From contig JBIOWP010000105.1 of NCBI GenBank assembly GCA_044868695.1, positions 11,346-75,345 of the forward strand: DNA of 64,000 nucleotides, read 5' to 3'. Positions 31,970-41,511 of this stretch are shown here, in pieces (the stretch's first letter is position 1; each line of letters begins with the position of its first letter). The notes beneath the pieces are model-generated. The model was not told where the DNA came from. It did no database searches and saw nothing but the letters and a program-made list of their open reading frames with translations. This DNA comes from a bacterium (GTDB taxonomy: Bacteria; Sysuimicrobiota; Sysuimicrobiia; Sysuimicrobiales; Kaftiobacteriaceae). The position numbers were made by a program, and so were the translations under genes.

Positions 31970-31986
31970 CAAGCCAAGTGCAGGAG

Positions 31987-32054
31987 TAGGGATCAGGGAT
32001 CAGCTAGACCCTGGTCCCTTGTATTTCTAATCCATAATCCCTGCCCCTAATCCC
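31987..32054. repeat. Heptamer palindromic element, copy 6 (GGGATCA variant, degenerate)
   Basis: GTAGGGATCAGGGATCAG...GACCCTGGTCCC...AATCCCTGCCCCTAATCCC between the DUF2628 gene and the tRNA promoter. Confidence 0.6.
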
Positions 32055-32076
32055 GTAGTATAATTCGCTCCGGCGG

Positions 32077-32152
32077 GCCGCTGTAGCTCAACTGGCAGAG
32101 CGCCTGATTTGTAATCAGGAGGTTAGGGGTTCGACTCCCCTCGGCGGCTCCA
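32077..32152 (+). tRNA. tRNA-Thr (anticodon UGU)
   Basis: Cloverleaf resolved by hand. 7-bp acceptor (GCCGCUG/CGGCGGC with one G-U), D-arm GCUC-AACUGGCA-GAGC, anticodon stem CCUGA/UCAGG with loop UUUGUAA, T-arm AGGGG-UUCGACU-CCCCU, discriminator U and encoded CCA. TATAAT at 32059..32064 lies upstream. Confidence 0.9.
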
Positions 32153-32205
32153 AGAGGAAGCCGGTCGGTTTGACTTCATTGATTCCTCATAGGGAGGGGA
32201 TCGCG

Positions 32206-32583
32206 ATGCCGAAGGATCTCACGGTCAGCCTGGAGGACCGCCCGGGCCAGCTGGCGATGCTGGGCGAGGCACTGGGGAAGGCGAAGGTCAACCTCATGGG
32301 TGGGTGCGCCTTCACGTCCGCGGGGCGGGGCACGATCCACCTGCTCGTCGAGGACAAGGCGGTCGACGCGGCCAAGCGGGCGCTGCAGGGAGCGGGCGCG
32401 TGGGTCCAGGGTGAGCGAGATGTTCTCGTCAAGAAGATCGCCGACCGGCCGGGGACGCTTGGAAAGGTCGCGCGCAAGCTGGCCGATGCCGGAGTGAATG
32501 TCGACCTGTTGTACCTGGCCACCGATACCCGCGCCGTCTTCGGCGTGAACGACATGGAGAAGGCCAAGAAGGCGCTGAAGTAG
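32206..32583 (+). CDS. Tandem ACT-domain protein
   Basis: ATG 32206 after GGGAGGGG. Two roughly 60-aa ACT-like repeats (LTVSLEDRPGQLAMLGEAL; VLVKKIADRPGTLGKVARKL). Confidence 0.7.
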   Translation: MPKDLTVSLEDRPGQLAMLGEALGKAKVNLMGGCAFTSAGRGTIHLLVEDKAVDAAKRALQGAGAWVQGERDVLVKKIADRPGTLGKVARKLADAGVNVDLLYLATDTRAVFGVNDMEKAKKALK

Positions 32584-32740
32584 CGCCCATGCTGAGAACG
32601 CCCTTCACAGCCATGCTGGGGTACGGTCCCCATCCAGCAGGCCGGCATCTGGGCGGGGTCAGGCGTCTCCAGCCGGCGGCCGAGATCGTGCGCGAGCTCG
32701 CTGAGGAAGCAGACACTCTGCTGAGCCGCTGGGGAGACGG

Positions 32741-33040
32741 TCAGCGCCGGTAGAAGACACTCAGGGCATCTGGCCCCAGGAACGCAAAGAGGACGATCGC
32801 GAGAAAGACCATCGGCGTGACGACCGCGTACACCAGGCTGAGCTTTTCATATCTGAGGTGCATGAAGTAGGCGACGATCAACGCGGCCTTCATCAATGCC
32901 ATGATGATCAGGGACCCCACCAGCAGGACCCGGGGGAAGTGAACCAGTACCGCTCCCAGCTCCAGCAGCGTGATGACCAGCAGCCAGAACCAGACGACCC
33001 CGTAGACCCGATACCCGCCTGGATGAGTCCCTTCTGCCAT
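32741..33040 (-). CDS. ctaF: Cytochrome c oxidase subunit IV (CtaF/QoxD-like)
   Basis: 99-aa, 3-TM protein at the 3' end of the oxidase operon. Resembles small subunit IV of Bacillus-type aa3 oxidases. Confidence 0.75.
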   Translation of the reverse strand: MAEGTHPGGYRVYGVVWFWLLVITLLELGAVLVHFPRVLLVGSLIIMALMKAALIVAYFMHLRYEKLSLVYAVVTPMVFLAIVLFAFLGPDALSVFYRR

Positions 33041-33052
33041 GGTCCGCGCTCC

Positions 33053-33670
33053 CTAGATCAGATACAGCAGCGTAAAGATGAAGACCCAGACCAGGTCCAC
33101 AAAGTGCCAGTAGAGCCCTGCGATCTCCACGCTTTCCGGCTGAATGCCGCCCCGCATCCACCGCACAACGGTTGCGAGGAGGTACAGGACGCCCGCGGAG
33201 ACGTGCCCGCCGTGGAACCCGGTCGTGATGAAGAACGTGGCAGAGAACTGGGGAATGCCCCAGGGGTTGCCGAACAGCCGGGCTCCCTCGTGGATGAACT
33301 TGGACCATTCGTACACCTGGCCGCCGAGGAACATCAGTCCCCCGAGCGCCGTCAGGAGCAAGTAGGGAATGACGCGGCCGCGGTCGCCGCGCTTGGCGGC
33401 CGAAACGGCGACGGCCATCGTCGCGCTGCTGCAGATGAGGACAAACGTCATCGCGCCGACGAGGTAGAGATTGAAGATCTCCGCCTGCACCGGCCAGCGG
33501 CCGAGGGAGATCCGCATCACGCCGTACCCGGCGAGCAGCCCCGCGAATGTCAGGGTGTCGGACACCAGGAAGAGCCACATCATCAGCTTGGGCCAGCCGA
33601 CGGCAAACGGCGAGGTGCCGCCGCTCCAGTCTGATGCCATCGTCTGTTCCTGACGCCCGACTTCAGCCAC
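33053..33670 (-). CDS. ctaE: Cytochrome c oxidase subunit III
   Basis: 205 aa, 5 TM. Conserved subunit-III motifs (FFITTGFHGGHVSAG, YWHFVDLVWVFIF). Confidence 0.9.
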   Translation of the reverse strand: MAEVGRQEQTMASDWSGGTSPFAVGWPKLMMWLFLVSDTLTFAGLLAGYGVMRISLGRWPVQAEIFNLYLVGAMTFVLICSSATMAVAVSAAKRGDRGRVIPYLLLTALGGLMFLGGQVYEWSKFIHEGARLFGNPWGIPQFSATFFITTGFHGGHVSAGVLYLLATVVRWMRGGIQPESVEIAGLYWHFVDLVWVFIFTLLYLI

Positions 33671-33691
33671 CGCCGATCCCTCCGAGAACTG

Positions 33692-34330
33692 CTACAGCGC
33701 GAACAGGATCACAAACAGGTAGATCCACAACCCCGTCAAGAAGTGCCAGTAGGTCGCGACCGGATCGACGACATCGAGCGTTTCTGCCGCCGTCAGAGCG
33801 GCCGCCGCCCGGCGAAGCGCATAGAGCAGCGCGGCGATGCCTCCGGTCAGGTGCAGCCCGTGCGCGGCCGTCAGCAGATAGAAGAACGCGCTGTGCGGAT
33901 TTGTGGCCAGGTATACGCCGGCTTCGCTCAGCTGCTTCCAAGCCGCGAGCTGTCCCCCGAGGAAGCCCAGGCCCAGGGCCGTCGTCACGGACAGGCCCAT
34001 CCGCAGCGCGTCTACCTGCCCACGCCGGCCGCGGCGCCGCGCCCACTCGATGGCCAGGCTGCTGGCACAGATCACGGCGGTGCTGACCCACAGCACGCCC
34101 GGAAGCGGGCCGACCCGCCAGTCTGGCTCGCCGCGGCGCGCCAGATAGGTGCTGGTGAATGCCGCAAACAAGATCGTGATCGCGCTGACCAGCAGCCAAA
34201 CAGCGATCCGCGCGGAGTTCGTCGCCGGAACCGCGGCATCCCCACCGCCGCCGCCCGGCCCGCCGCTCCCCACATCGCCGGGTCCTCTGGAGGAGGGGGG
34301 TCGCTCGAGTGTGGGAGTTTTCATCGGCAT
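33692..34330 (-). CDS. Second heme-copper oxidase subunit III-family protein with Gly-rich N-terminal extension
   Basis: 212 aa with subunit-III-like C-terminal motifs (AHGLHLTGG, YWHFLTGLWIYLF). N-terminus GPGDVGSGGPGGGGGD. Start overlaps the ctaD stop. Confidence 0.8.
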   Translation of the reverse strand: MPMKTPTLERPPSSRGPGDVGSGGPGGGGGDAAVPATNSARIAVWLLVSAITILFAAFTSTYLARRGEPDWRVGPLPGVLWVSTAVICASSLAIEWARRRGRRGQVDALRMGLSVTTALGLGFLGGQLAAWKQLSEAGVYLATNPHSAFFYLLTAAHGLHLTGGIAALLYALRRAAAALTAAETLDVVDPVATYWHFLTGLWIYLFVILFAL

Positions 34331-36135
34331 CAGGCGGCCTCAGGAGGTTCCGGTGGTCCATCGCCTCCGGCTACCGGCACCGCGCTCACCGGCACCGTCT
34401 GCGGCACAAAGTCGTCTGGGGCGCCCGGTACACTGTAGTCATACGGCCAGCGGTGCACCGTCGGCAGAGTCCGGCCCCAGTTGCCGTGAGGCGGGGGCGA
34501 GTCGGCCTGCCACTCGAGCGTGTTGGCGTGCCACGGGTCGCGGGAAGCTTTCGGGCCGCGGAACAGGCTGTACAGGAAGTTGCCGACGAAGATCACCTGG
34601 GCCAGCCCCAGGCCAAACGCGGCGAGCGAGACAAAGACGTTCAGCCCCTGCAGGCCGCGCAGGAACTCATACATCTGAGGAGAGTAGTACCGCCGCGGCT
34701 CGCCCGCCATTCCCAGGAAGTGCATCGGGAAGAACGTGGCGTAGATGCCGACGAACGTCAGCCAGAAGTGAATCTTGCCCGCCCGTTCGTTCATCATCCG
34801 GCCGAACATCTTGGGGAACCAGTGGTACAGTCCGGCAAACAGCCCAAAGAGGGCGGCGCTGGCCATGACAAAGTGGAAGTGCGCGACGACGAAAAAGGTG
34901 TCCTGGAAGTAGATGTCGACCGCGGGCGAGCCCAGGAAGATGCCGGTCAGCCCACCGGTGACGAAGAGGGAGACGAAGCCGATCGCAAACAGCATCGACG
35001 GTACGAAGCGGATCTTCGCCCGCCACAGCGTGGCGATCCAGTTGAACGTCTTGACCGCCGAGGGGATGGCGATCGCCAGCGTCGTGACCATGAAGGCGGT
35101 GCCGACCAGCGGGTGCATCCCGCTCACAAACATGTGGTGGCCCCACACGACGAAACTCAGGAACGCGATCGCGCAGATGGACACCACCATCGCTTTGTAG
35201 CCGAAGATCGGCTTCCGGCCGTGGACGCTGAGGACCTCCGATACGATCCCCATCGGCGGGAGGATCAGGACGTAGACTTCGGGGTGGCCCAGGAACCAGA
35301 ACAGATGCTGCCAGAGGAGCGGGTTGCCGCCCTGATGCGTCACCAGCTGGCCGCCGACCACCAGCCCCGAGGGGACGAAGAAGCTGGTCCCCAGGTGACG
35401 GTCGAACAGCAGCATGATGACCGCCGCAAACAGCACCGGGAAGGACAACAGCATCAGGATGGCGGTGACGAACTGGGCCCAGGTCACCAGCGGCAGCCGA
35501 CTCATCGACATGCCCCGCGTGCGCAGCTGCAGGACGGTCGTGATGTAGTTCAGCGACCCCAGCAGGAATGAGACGATGAGGATGGCCAGGCTGATCAGCC
35601 ACAACGTTTGGCCCAGCTTCGAGCCCGGGGCGGCGTCTCGCAGGGCGGAGAGCGGAGGATAGGCCGTCCAGCCTGCGTTAGGGGCGCCTCCGTCTACGAA
35701 GAACGCTGCCAGTAGTACGATGATGGCCGGCGGGTACAGCCAGTACGACACCATGTTCATGAACGGGAAGGCCATGTCGCGCGCGCCGATGGTCAGCGGG
35801 ATCAGGAAGTTGCCGAAGCCGCCCGACAGCGCCGTGGTCAGCACGAAGAAGATCATGATCGAACCGTGCATTGTCACCACAGCCAGGTAGAAGTCCGGCT
35901 TCATCAGCCCGTTGACGAATCCCCCGGGGAAGAGGAGGCCGGCCAGCGGCCACTTCGCTCCGGGCCAGCCCAGTTGGAGGCGGATCAGCATCGCGAGGAC
36001 GCCGCCGATCAGGGCCATCACCAGCGAGGTCATCATGTACTGGATGCCGATGATCTTGTGGTCCTGGCTGAAGATGTAGCGCCGGACGAAGCTCAGGTGG
36101 TGTTCCTCGTGGGCCGTCTCGTGCCCGACCGCCAT
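34330..36135 (-). CDS. ctaD: Cytochrome c oxidase subunit I
   Basis: 601 aa, 12 or more TM. Heme/CuB ligand context (WFFGHPEVY, HHMF). Confidence 0.95.
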   Translation of the reverse strand: MAVGHETAHEEHHLSFVRRYIFSQDHKIIGIQYMMTSLVMALIGGVLAMLIRLQLGWPGAKWPLAGLLFPGGFVNGLMKPDFYLAVVTMHGSIMIFFVLTTALSGGFGNFLIPLTIGARDMAFPFMNMVSYWLYPPAIIVLLAAFFVDGGAPNAGWTAYPPLSALRDAAPGSKLGQTLWLISLAILIVSFLLGSLNYITTVLQLRTRGMSMSRLPLVTWAQFVTAILMLLSFPVLFAAVIMLLFDRHLGTSFFVPSGLVVGGQLVTHQGGNPLLWQHLFWFLGHPEVYVLILPPMGIVSEVLSVHGRKPIFGYKAMVVSICAIAFLSFVVWGHHMFVSGMHPLVGTAFMVTTLAIAIPSAVKTFNWIATLWRAKIRFVPSMLFAIGFVSLFVTGGLTGIFLGSPAVDIYFQDTFFVVAHFHFVMASAALFGLFAGLYHWFPKMFGRMMNERAGKIHFWLTFVGIYATFFPMHFLGMAGEPRRYYSPQMYEFLRGLQGLNVFVSLAAFGLGLAQVIFVGNFLYSLFRGPKASRDPWHANTLEWQADSPPPHGNWGRTLPTVHRWPYDYSVPGAPDDFVPQTVPVSAVPVAGGDGPPEPPEAA

Positions 36136-36150
36136 CGTGAGATGCGCCTC

Positions 36151-36984
36151 CTAGCGCGCCTGTTGCGCCAGCCAGGCCTGGACGGCCTGCTGGGACTCCA
36201 CCGTGATCTGACCGCGCATGATGTAGTGGCCGACCCCGCACAGCTCCGCGCAGGCGATTTCGTACTTGCCCTCCCGGGTCGGCGTGAACCACAATTCGAT
36301 CGTCATCCCCGGCACCGCATCCTGCTTCACGCGGAACGCCGGGATGAAGAAACTATGCAGAACATCCTTCGAGCGCAGCCGCACGCGGACGGGACGGTTC
36401 ACCGCCAGATGGAGATCTCCACCCCGGACGACGATGTCATCCGCGCCGGCCGAATCCGCCCGATCCAGGCCCATCGGGTTGTCTCTGACGTTGATCCGCG
36501 CCGGGTCGGTCCGGCCGAAGACTCCGTCGGGCCCGGGATAGCGAAAGAGCCAGCCGAACTGTTCGGCCCGTACGTCAACGACCATCGCGTCCGCCGGCGC
36601 GGGGCTGTGCACACGTCCCCATACGACGGCACCCATCGAGATCAGGGTCACCAGCACGGCCGCCGGGACCAGCGTGTAGGTGAGCTCGAGCGTCCGGTCG
36701 TCATGCCAGTACGACGCCCGGCCCGTGCCGCGATCCGCGTACAGCCATACGAACGCCGCCATGAGTACGTGCACCAGAACAAAGACGATGCCGGTGACGA
36801 CCAGCGTGGTGTAGATGAGGCGGTCAACGTCTACGCCGTGGGCGGAAGCGACGGGCAGCAGCCACCAGCGCCCGCGGGCCAGCAGCGTCATGCCGACGCC
36901 GCCCAGCACGACCATGACAACAAGGAGCGAGGCGAGCTGCCGACCGGTGCGGCGCTCGCCGGCAGAGCCTGGGACTTCCGCCAT
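36151..36984 (-). CDS. ctaC: Cytochrome c oxidase subunit II (CuA, no fused cytochrome c domain)
   Basis: 277 aa. Two N-terminal TM helices, CuA site H...CAELCGVGH...M. Confidence 0.9.
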   Translation of the reverse strand: MAEVPGSAGERRTGRQLASLLVVMVVLGGVGMTLLARGRWWLLPVASAHGVDVDRLIYTTLVVTGIVFVLVHVLMAAFVWLYADRGTGRASYWHDDRTLELTYTLVPAAVLVTLISMGAVVWGRVHSPAPADAMVVDVRAEQFGWLFRYPGPDGVFGRTDPARINVRDNPMGLDRADSAGADDIVVRGGDLHLAVNRPVRVRLRSKDVLHSFFIPAFRVKQDAVPGMTIELWFTPTREGKYEIACAELCGVGHYIMRGQITVESQQAVQAWLAQQAR

Positions 36985-37075
36985 CTGGGTGACGTCCTCA
37001 GAAACTGACGTGCAGTTGCACTACATTACGCTGGCATACTTTGCCTTCTCGGGGGTCAACTCCTTGTCGAGCGGA

Positions 37076-37411
37076 CTACTCAGCGAATGCCTCAAACACC
37101 GGGGGGAACGTCAACAGGAATCCCAGCGCGATGAGGACGAGCGCCCACGTGAACGCGCGTCCGAAGTTGATCGGTTTGTTTTTCCACGCCGAATGCAGGC
37201 CGCCCCAGGCTACCAGCCAGGTGAGCACGCCGACTCCTGTCTTCCCGGAGAGCGCCCCCACGGCGTTCTTCCAGGCTAGCGCGCTGCTCACGCCTGCCGA
37301 TGCCGACGCCAGCGTCGTCATCAGACCGATCGTAAAAACGCCAATGCCTGCCGCGATCACCGCCGCCGCTCCTGCTCCCGAAGCCCTCCGTACCGGTGAG
37401 CTCGCCATCAT
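37076..37411 (-). CDS. Small hypothetical membrane protein (3 TM)
   Basis: 111-aa ORF packed between the upstream membrane gene and ctaC on the same strand. Hydrophobic segments only. Confidence 0.5.
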   Translation of the reverse strand: MMASSPVRRASGAGAAAVIAAGIGVFTIGLMTTLASASAGVSSALAWKNAVGALSGKTGVGVLTWLVAWGGLHSAWKNKPINFGRAFTWALVLIALGFLLTFPPVFEAFAE

Positions 37412-37422
37412 GTGTGCCCTCC

Positions 37423-37935
37423 TTATCGGATCGGCGCGACTTTGTTCAGGAATGCGCCAAACAGCCCGGCGATGCCGGCCGCGACGAAGGCCAGGGTGAA
37501 CAGCCAGAGCGCCGCCTTCCGGAGACGGGAATCATCCGCCAGTTGGGTGCCGTAGTAGGCGACGAGAAACGCCACCGACGTTGCGAGGATCGGCGCAAAC
37601 CATCCGATATGTTCCTTCCACTCCATCCCGAACGTGTGCCACTTCGCCGTCGCCGGATTGGCTAGGAGAAGAGCACGGGGGCTGGTCGGGATTCTTGCCC
37701 GATACCAGGGATAGACGACGTACGTGCCGGTCAACACCGTGACCCACGCCACCACCGCCATCACCCATGTCCCGGCGAGCAGCCTCCGCAGCCGTTCCTT
37801 GATCCCCGCTACCGTCACCAGCTCCGGTCGCAGACTGTAGAGCCCGGCCAGACCGCCGGCGAACGCCAGAAGGAACAGGGAGCCAAAGATGAGACCGTGC
37901 AGTACCGTCCAGAGTTCTCGGACCGTCACGCTCAT
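37423..37935 (-). CDS. Hypothetical 4-TM membrane protein in the oxidase operon (possibly CtaM/DUF420-like)
   Basis: 170 aa, four hydrophobic helices, in operon position upstream of ctaC. The DUF420 suggestion is a guess from size and topology only. Confidence 0.5.
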   Translation of the reverse strand: MSVTVRELWTVLHGLIFGSLFLLAFAGGLAGLYSLRPELVTVAGIKERLRRLLAGTWVMAVVAWVTVLTGTYVVYPWYRARIPTSPRALLLANPATAKWHTFGMEWKEHIGWFAPILATSVAFLVAYYGTQLADDSRLRKAALWLFTLAFVAAGIAGLFGAFLNKVAPIR

Positions 37936-38011
37936 GCGTGTCCCTCCTTCCTGAAGAGGCAGTTCCGGAGGAGGGTATCAAACCCTCCCCCGGAGGTGAT
38001 GCGGGCTCGAT

Positions 38012-38605
38012 TTAGGCTGCGACGGCCGGCTGTCTGGGCTGCCCAAAGATCCTGCCGGGCCTCCACGGGGTCCCCAGAGCCGGGAGCAGCACACGATCCA
38101 GGCCGTAGTAGCCGGCGACCTTCCAGGCGAGAATCAGGACGATGGCGATCAGGAACAACATTGGATTGGTGGACGCCGAGCCGGCCATCATGAAGTTCCA
38201 GTTCATCGCACCGCCGAAGAAGGCCGCGATGCCGACGAACGCGCCCAGCACCAGCGCGATCCCGATCAGCAGCTCGCCGTAGGCCACCAGCTTGGCGAAC
38301 CAAGTGTAGGCTCCGATGTCCAGCATGTACTGCAGGAAGGTGCGGTACCAGTCGAACGAGATCGCCGGCCGCGCGGGCGGCTGCGGGATGGCGACGGCGC
38401 GTTCCCAGTAGACTTTGAGAGCGGCACCGGTGCCGGTCCAGGCCTCGATGCCGACCTTGTGGCGGGCGGCCTCGATCCACTGCCAGCCCAGCCACACCCG
38501 GATGATCGCCCACAGCCAGGCGTAACGGGTCGTATTGAATAGGATCCGAGTAAACCCAGGATCCTCGAAGTATGTGACATCCTTCCCTGGTGCTGCCACG
38601 GCCAT
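38012..38605 (-). CDS. DoxX/DoxD-family membrane protein
   Basis: 197 aa. Family-like LLIGIALVLGAFVGIAAFFGGAMNWNFMMAG region typical of DoxX/TQO small subunit proteins. Confidence 0.65.
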   Translation of the reverse strand: MAVAAPGKDVTYFEDPGFTRILFNTTRYAWLWAIIRVWLGWQWIEAARHKVGIEAWTGTGAALKVYWERAVAIPQPPARPAISFDWYRTFLQYMLDIGAYTWFAKLVAYGELLIGIALVLGAFVGIAAFFGGAMNWNFMMAGSASTNPMLFLIAIVLILAWKVAGYYGLDRVLLPALGTPWRPGRIFGQPRQPAVAA

Positions 38606-38793
38606 TCCCTCCCTTGGAGTCAGGCGGGTCAGCGCTCGCGCTGTGGGCCTGTTTCTACGAGTGCGCCCACCCTTAGGATAGGGGACGGCTTCGAGGGCAG
38701 GTATCGGGCGGGGAGGGGATTTCGGGATCAGGTCTAGGCCGTTGTCCCTTCGGGCACGGAACGTGACGCCGGCAAGAATTCCAGGGGTGGCGG

Positions 38794-39528
38794 ATGCGGG
38801 TCGGGCCGATCATGTCCAAAGGGCTGGTTGCGGTATTGCTGCTGGGGCCATGCGTCCCGCAGATCGATCCCCGCATGTTTTCAGCCCCCCCGGGCGCCCA
38901 GGTGCCGTTCGTCGCCACCGTCCAGGCCGAAGCCAGGCAGAAATCGATCCTGGCATCCTTCGAACGCAAACCGATCCTTCCTTACATGGCCGGACCCAAG
39001 GTAATGCTCAGCACCGCGTACGTGGCCGCCCTCTCCGTATCCCTCGAGGCCGCCCCCGCGAGCTTCACCCGGCGCGCAGTCAGGGCGTCATCTGGGTCTG
39101 ACCCCGGGGAGTATGCCCGAATCCTTCTGCAGCTTGCCATGCGGACCGGGGCCACGCTGGCGACCCCGCCGATTCAGTGGCCCGCCCGCGGAGGGCTGAC
39201 CTCTCCGTTTGGGCGGCGATGGCGCCAGCACCACGACGGGATCGACATCGCTGCCCGGGAAGGAGCGCCCATCCACGCCGCCCGGGACGGCCGGGTGGTC
39301 TATGTCGGTTGGAAGGGCGGGTATGGGCTCACCGTCATCCTCGCCCACGGCAACGGGTTGCAGACGCTATACGGGCACGCCTCAGCGACGGTAGTCAAGC
39401 CCGGACAGGTCGTCAAGGCCGGACAGGTCATCGCGCGCGTCGGCAGCACCGGGATCGCGACAGGGTCCCATCTCCACTTCGAATTCCGCGTCAACGGTCG
39501 CCCCGTCAATCCCCTGCGCTATCTCTGA
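38794..39528 (+). CDS. M23 family metallopeptidase
   Basis: HxxxD (HDGIDIAA), LTVILAHGNGLQTLYGH and HLHFE motifs. N-terminal signal-like segment. An alternative start at 38812 is possible. Confidence 0.85.
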   Translation: MRVGPIMSKGLVAVLLLGPCVPQIDPRMFSAPPGAQVPFVATVQAEARQKSILASFERKPILPYMAGPKVMLSTAYVAALSVSLEAAPASFTRRAVRASSGSDPGEYARILLQLAMRTGATLATPPIQWPARGGLTSPFGRRWRQHHDGIDIAAREGAPIHAARDGRVVYVGWKGGYGLTVILAHGNGLQTLYGHASATVVKPGQVVKAGQVIARVGSTGIATGSHLHFEFRVNGRPVNPLRYL

Positions 39529-39533
39529 CCGGC

Positions 39534-40109
39534 CTACTCCGGAGCCGGATGAGAAAATTGCAGGATGTGTTCTCGCAATTGCATGAAACCCGGGTCTCCG
39601 AGGTACCCGCCTGACACGCGCCCACGGATCACCAGCTCCCCGTCGATGAAGAAAGTTGTGGGGAGTCCGGTCACCTGGTAGTGGGCGATCCGCGTCTGCT
39701 CCGGGTCGAAGACGTTGGGATAGGTAATCCCCAGCGTCTTGAGAAACGCCGCCGCCTCGTCGTAATCGTCTGCCACGTTGATGCCCAGGATCACGACGCG
39801 CTGATTCCGAAGCTCCCGCCACGCCCGCTCCAGGACCGGCATCTCTTCCCGGCACGGCACGCACCAGGACGCCCAGAAGTTCAGCACAACGACCTTCCCC
39901 CGAAAGTCTGACAGCGAAACCGGTGGGCCGGCAAATGCCCGCAGCCGGAACTCCGGCGCCGGGCGCGGACGCTGTATAAGGGGCGCCTGCCGCACCACTG
40001 TAGTTGGCGGGGCGGGCCGAGGCAGTTGGACCGCCAGAACCACGATACCCACTACAGCCGCAGCGACAGCACCCCAGAGGATGAGGATCCAGCGTCGCTT
40101 CCCAATCAT
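39534..40109 (-). CDS. TlpA/ResA-family thiol:disulfide oxidoreductase
   Basis: N-terminal TM anchor, thioredoxin fold with WASWCVPCREE. Confidence 0.85.
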   Translation of the reverse strand: MIGKRRWILILWGAVAAAVVGIVVLAVQLPRPAPPTTVVRQAPLIQRPRPAPEFRLRAFAGPPVSLSDFRGKVVVLNFWASWCVPCREEMPVLERAWRELRNQRVVILGINVADDYDEAAAFLKTLGITYPNVFDPEQTRIAHYQVTGLPTTFFIDGELVIRGRVSGGYLGDPGFMQLREHILQFSHPAPE

Positions 40110-40195
40110 CGCGTTTCCACTATACGCTACCGGAAAATACCGTGCACGCCGGATGGCTGGGGACAGCGGCTCGCCCTATCGTAAAGGAGTCAACC

Positions 40196-41509
40196 ATGCC
40201 GGAAGACGTGCACCTAAACACACGCGATGCCCATCGCTCCGGGCCCGCGTGGCTCTCGGCCGGGCCGGAGGTGCTGGAAGAACGCAGCCCGCGGCGGGGA
40301 GTGGCGCGACTGCTGCCGTTCCTCGGGCCGGCGTTTGTTGCCAGCGTTGCCTACATTGATCCCGGCAATTTCGCCACCAACATCGCCGCCGGCGCGCAGT
40401 TTGGTTACCTTCTGTTATGGGTCGTGCTGGCCAGCAATCTCACGGCGATGCTCGTGCAGGCCCTGTCCGCTAAGCTGGGAATCGCGACCGGCCGGAACCT
40501 GGCCGAACTGTGCCGCGACCGCTTTCAGCGTCCGGTAGTCTGGGGGATGTGGGTCGCGGGTGAGCTGGTGGCCATGGCCACAGACCTGGCCGAATTTCTC
40601 GGCGCCGCGCTCGGCCTGACCCTCCTGTTCCATTTCCCGCTGTTTGTCTCAGCTTTGCTCGCCGGCGCCGTCACTCTGCTCATCCTGGCACTGGAGCGGC
40701 GCGGGTTCCGGCCGATCGAAGCCGTCATCACCGGATTTGTCGGTGTCATCGCAGTCTCGTACGTCATTGAGACCATTCTTGATCGACCGGACTGGCACGC
40801 CGTGGCCGTGGGAGCACTGGCGCCACGGTTTGCGGGAACAGAAAGCGTGCTGCTCGCGACCGGGATCCTGGGAGCCACGGTCATGCCCCACGTGATCTTC
40901 CTCCACTCGGCGTTGATGCAACGTCGCATTGTGCCGCGCACTGAGGCCCAGGCCCACCGTCTCTACCGCTTTGAGGTCACCGACGTCGTGCTGGCCATGG
41001 GGCTGGCCGGAGTGGTAAACGCGGCGATGCTCATCATGGCCGCGTCCACGTTCCACGCGCGTGCGCTGACCCACATCGCCACCATCGACGAGGCGCACCG
41101 GACGCTGGCGCCGCTGCTGGGGCCGGCTTCCAGCACCATCTTTGCCATTGCGCTCCTCGCATCCGGTCTGTCGTCATCCACGGTAGGCACGATGGCCGGG
41201 CAGGTCATCATGCAGGGATTCTTGCACCGGACGATTCCGATCTGGATCCGCCGGCTGGTGACGATGGTGCCGGCCCTGGTCGTCATCGGAGTGGGATTGG
41301 ACCCGACGCGGACGCTGGTGACCAGCCAGGTCGTCCTCAGCTTCGGCCTGCCTTTCGCGCTCGTGCCGCTGGTGCACTTCACCGCCCGCCGGGATGTGAT
41401 GGGTGGTCTGGCGAATCACCGCGTGACGACCGTCCTGGCCTCGGGCGTCACCGCCGTGATTATTGCGTTGAACCTAGTCCTGGTCTACCGGATGCTCACC
41501 GGAGGATAA
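40196..41509 (+). CDS. mntH: Nramp-family divalent metal (Mn2+/Fe2+) transporter
   Basis: ATG 40196 after AAAGGAGT. DPGN-type motif (IDPGNFATNI), 11 to 12 TM helices. Confidence 0.9.
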   Translation: MPEDVHLNTRDAHRSGPAWLSAGPEVLEERSPRRGVARLLPFLGPAFVASVAYIDPGNFATNIAAGAQFGYLLLWVVLASNLTAMLVQALSAKLGIATGRNLAELCRDRFQRPVVWGMWVAGELVAMATDLAEFLGAALGLTLLFHFPLFVSALLAGAVTLLILALERRGFRPIEAVITGFVGVIAVSYVIETILDRPDWHAVAVGALAPRFAGTESVLLATGILGATVMPHVIFLHSALMQRRIVPRTEAQAHRLYRFEVTDVVLAMGLAGVVNAAMLIMAASTFHARALTHIATIDEAHRTLAPLLGPASSTIFAIALLASGLSSSTVGTMAGQVIMQGFLHRTIPIWIRRLVTMVPALVVIGVGLDPTRTLVTSQVVLSFGLPFALVPLVHFTARRDVMGGLANHRVTTVLASGVTAVIIALNLVLVYRMLTGG

Positions 41510-41511
41510 TC

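Noticed and set aside
40110-40195. Mn-responsive riboswitch or MntR box upstream of mntH
   Set aside because: The 86-nt region shows no yybP-ykoY-like structure (that class precedes exporters anyway). No recognisable MntR palindrome could be identified by eye.
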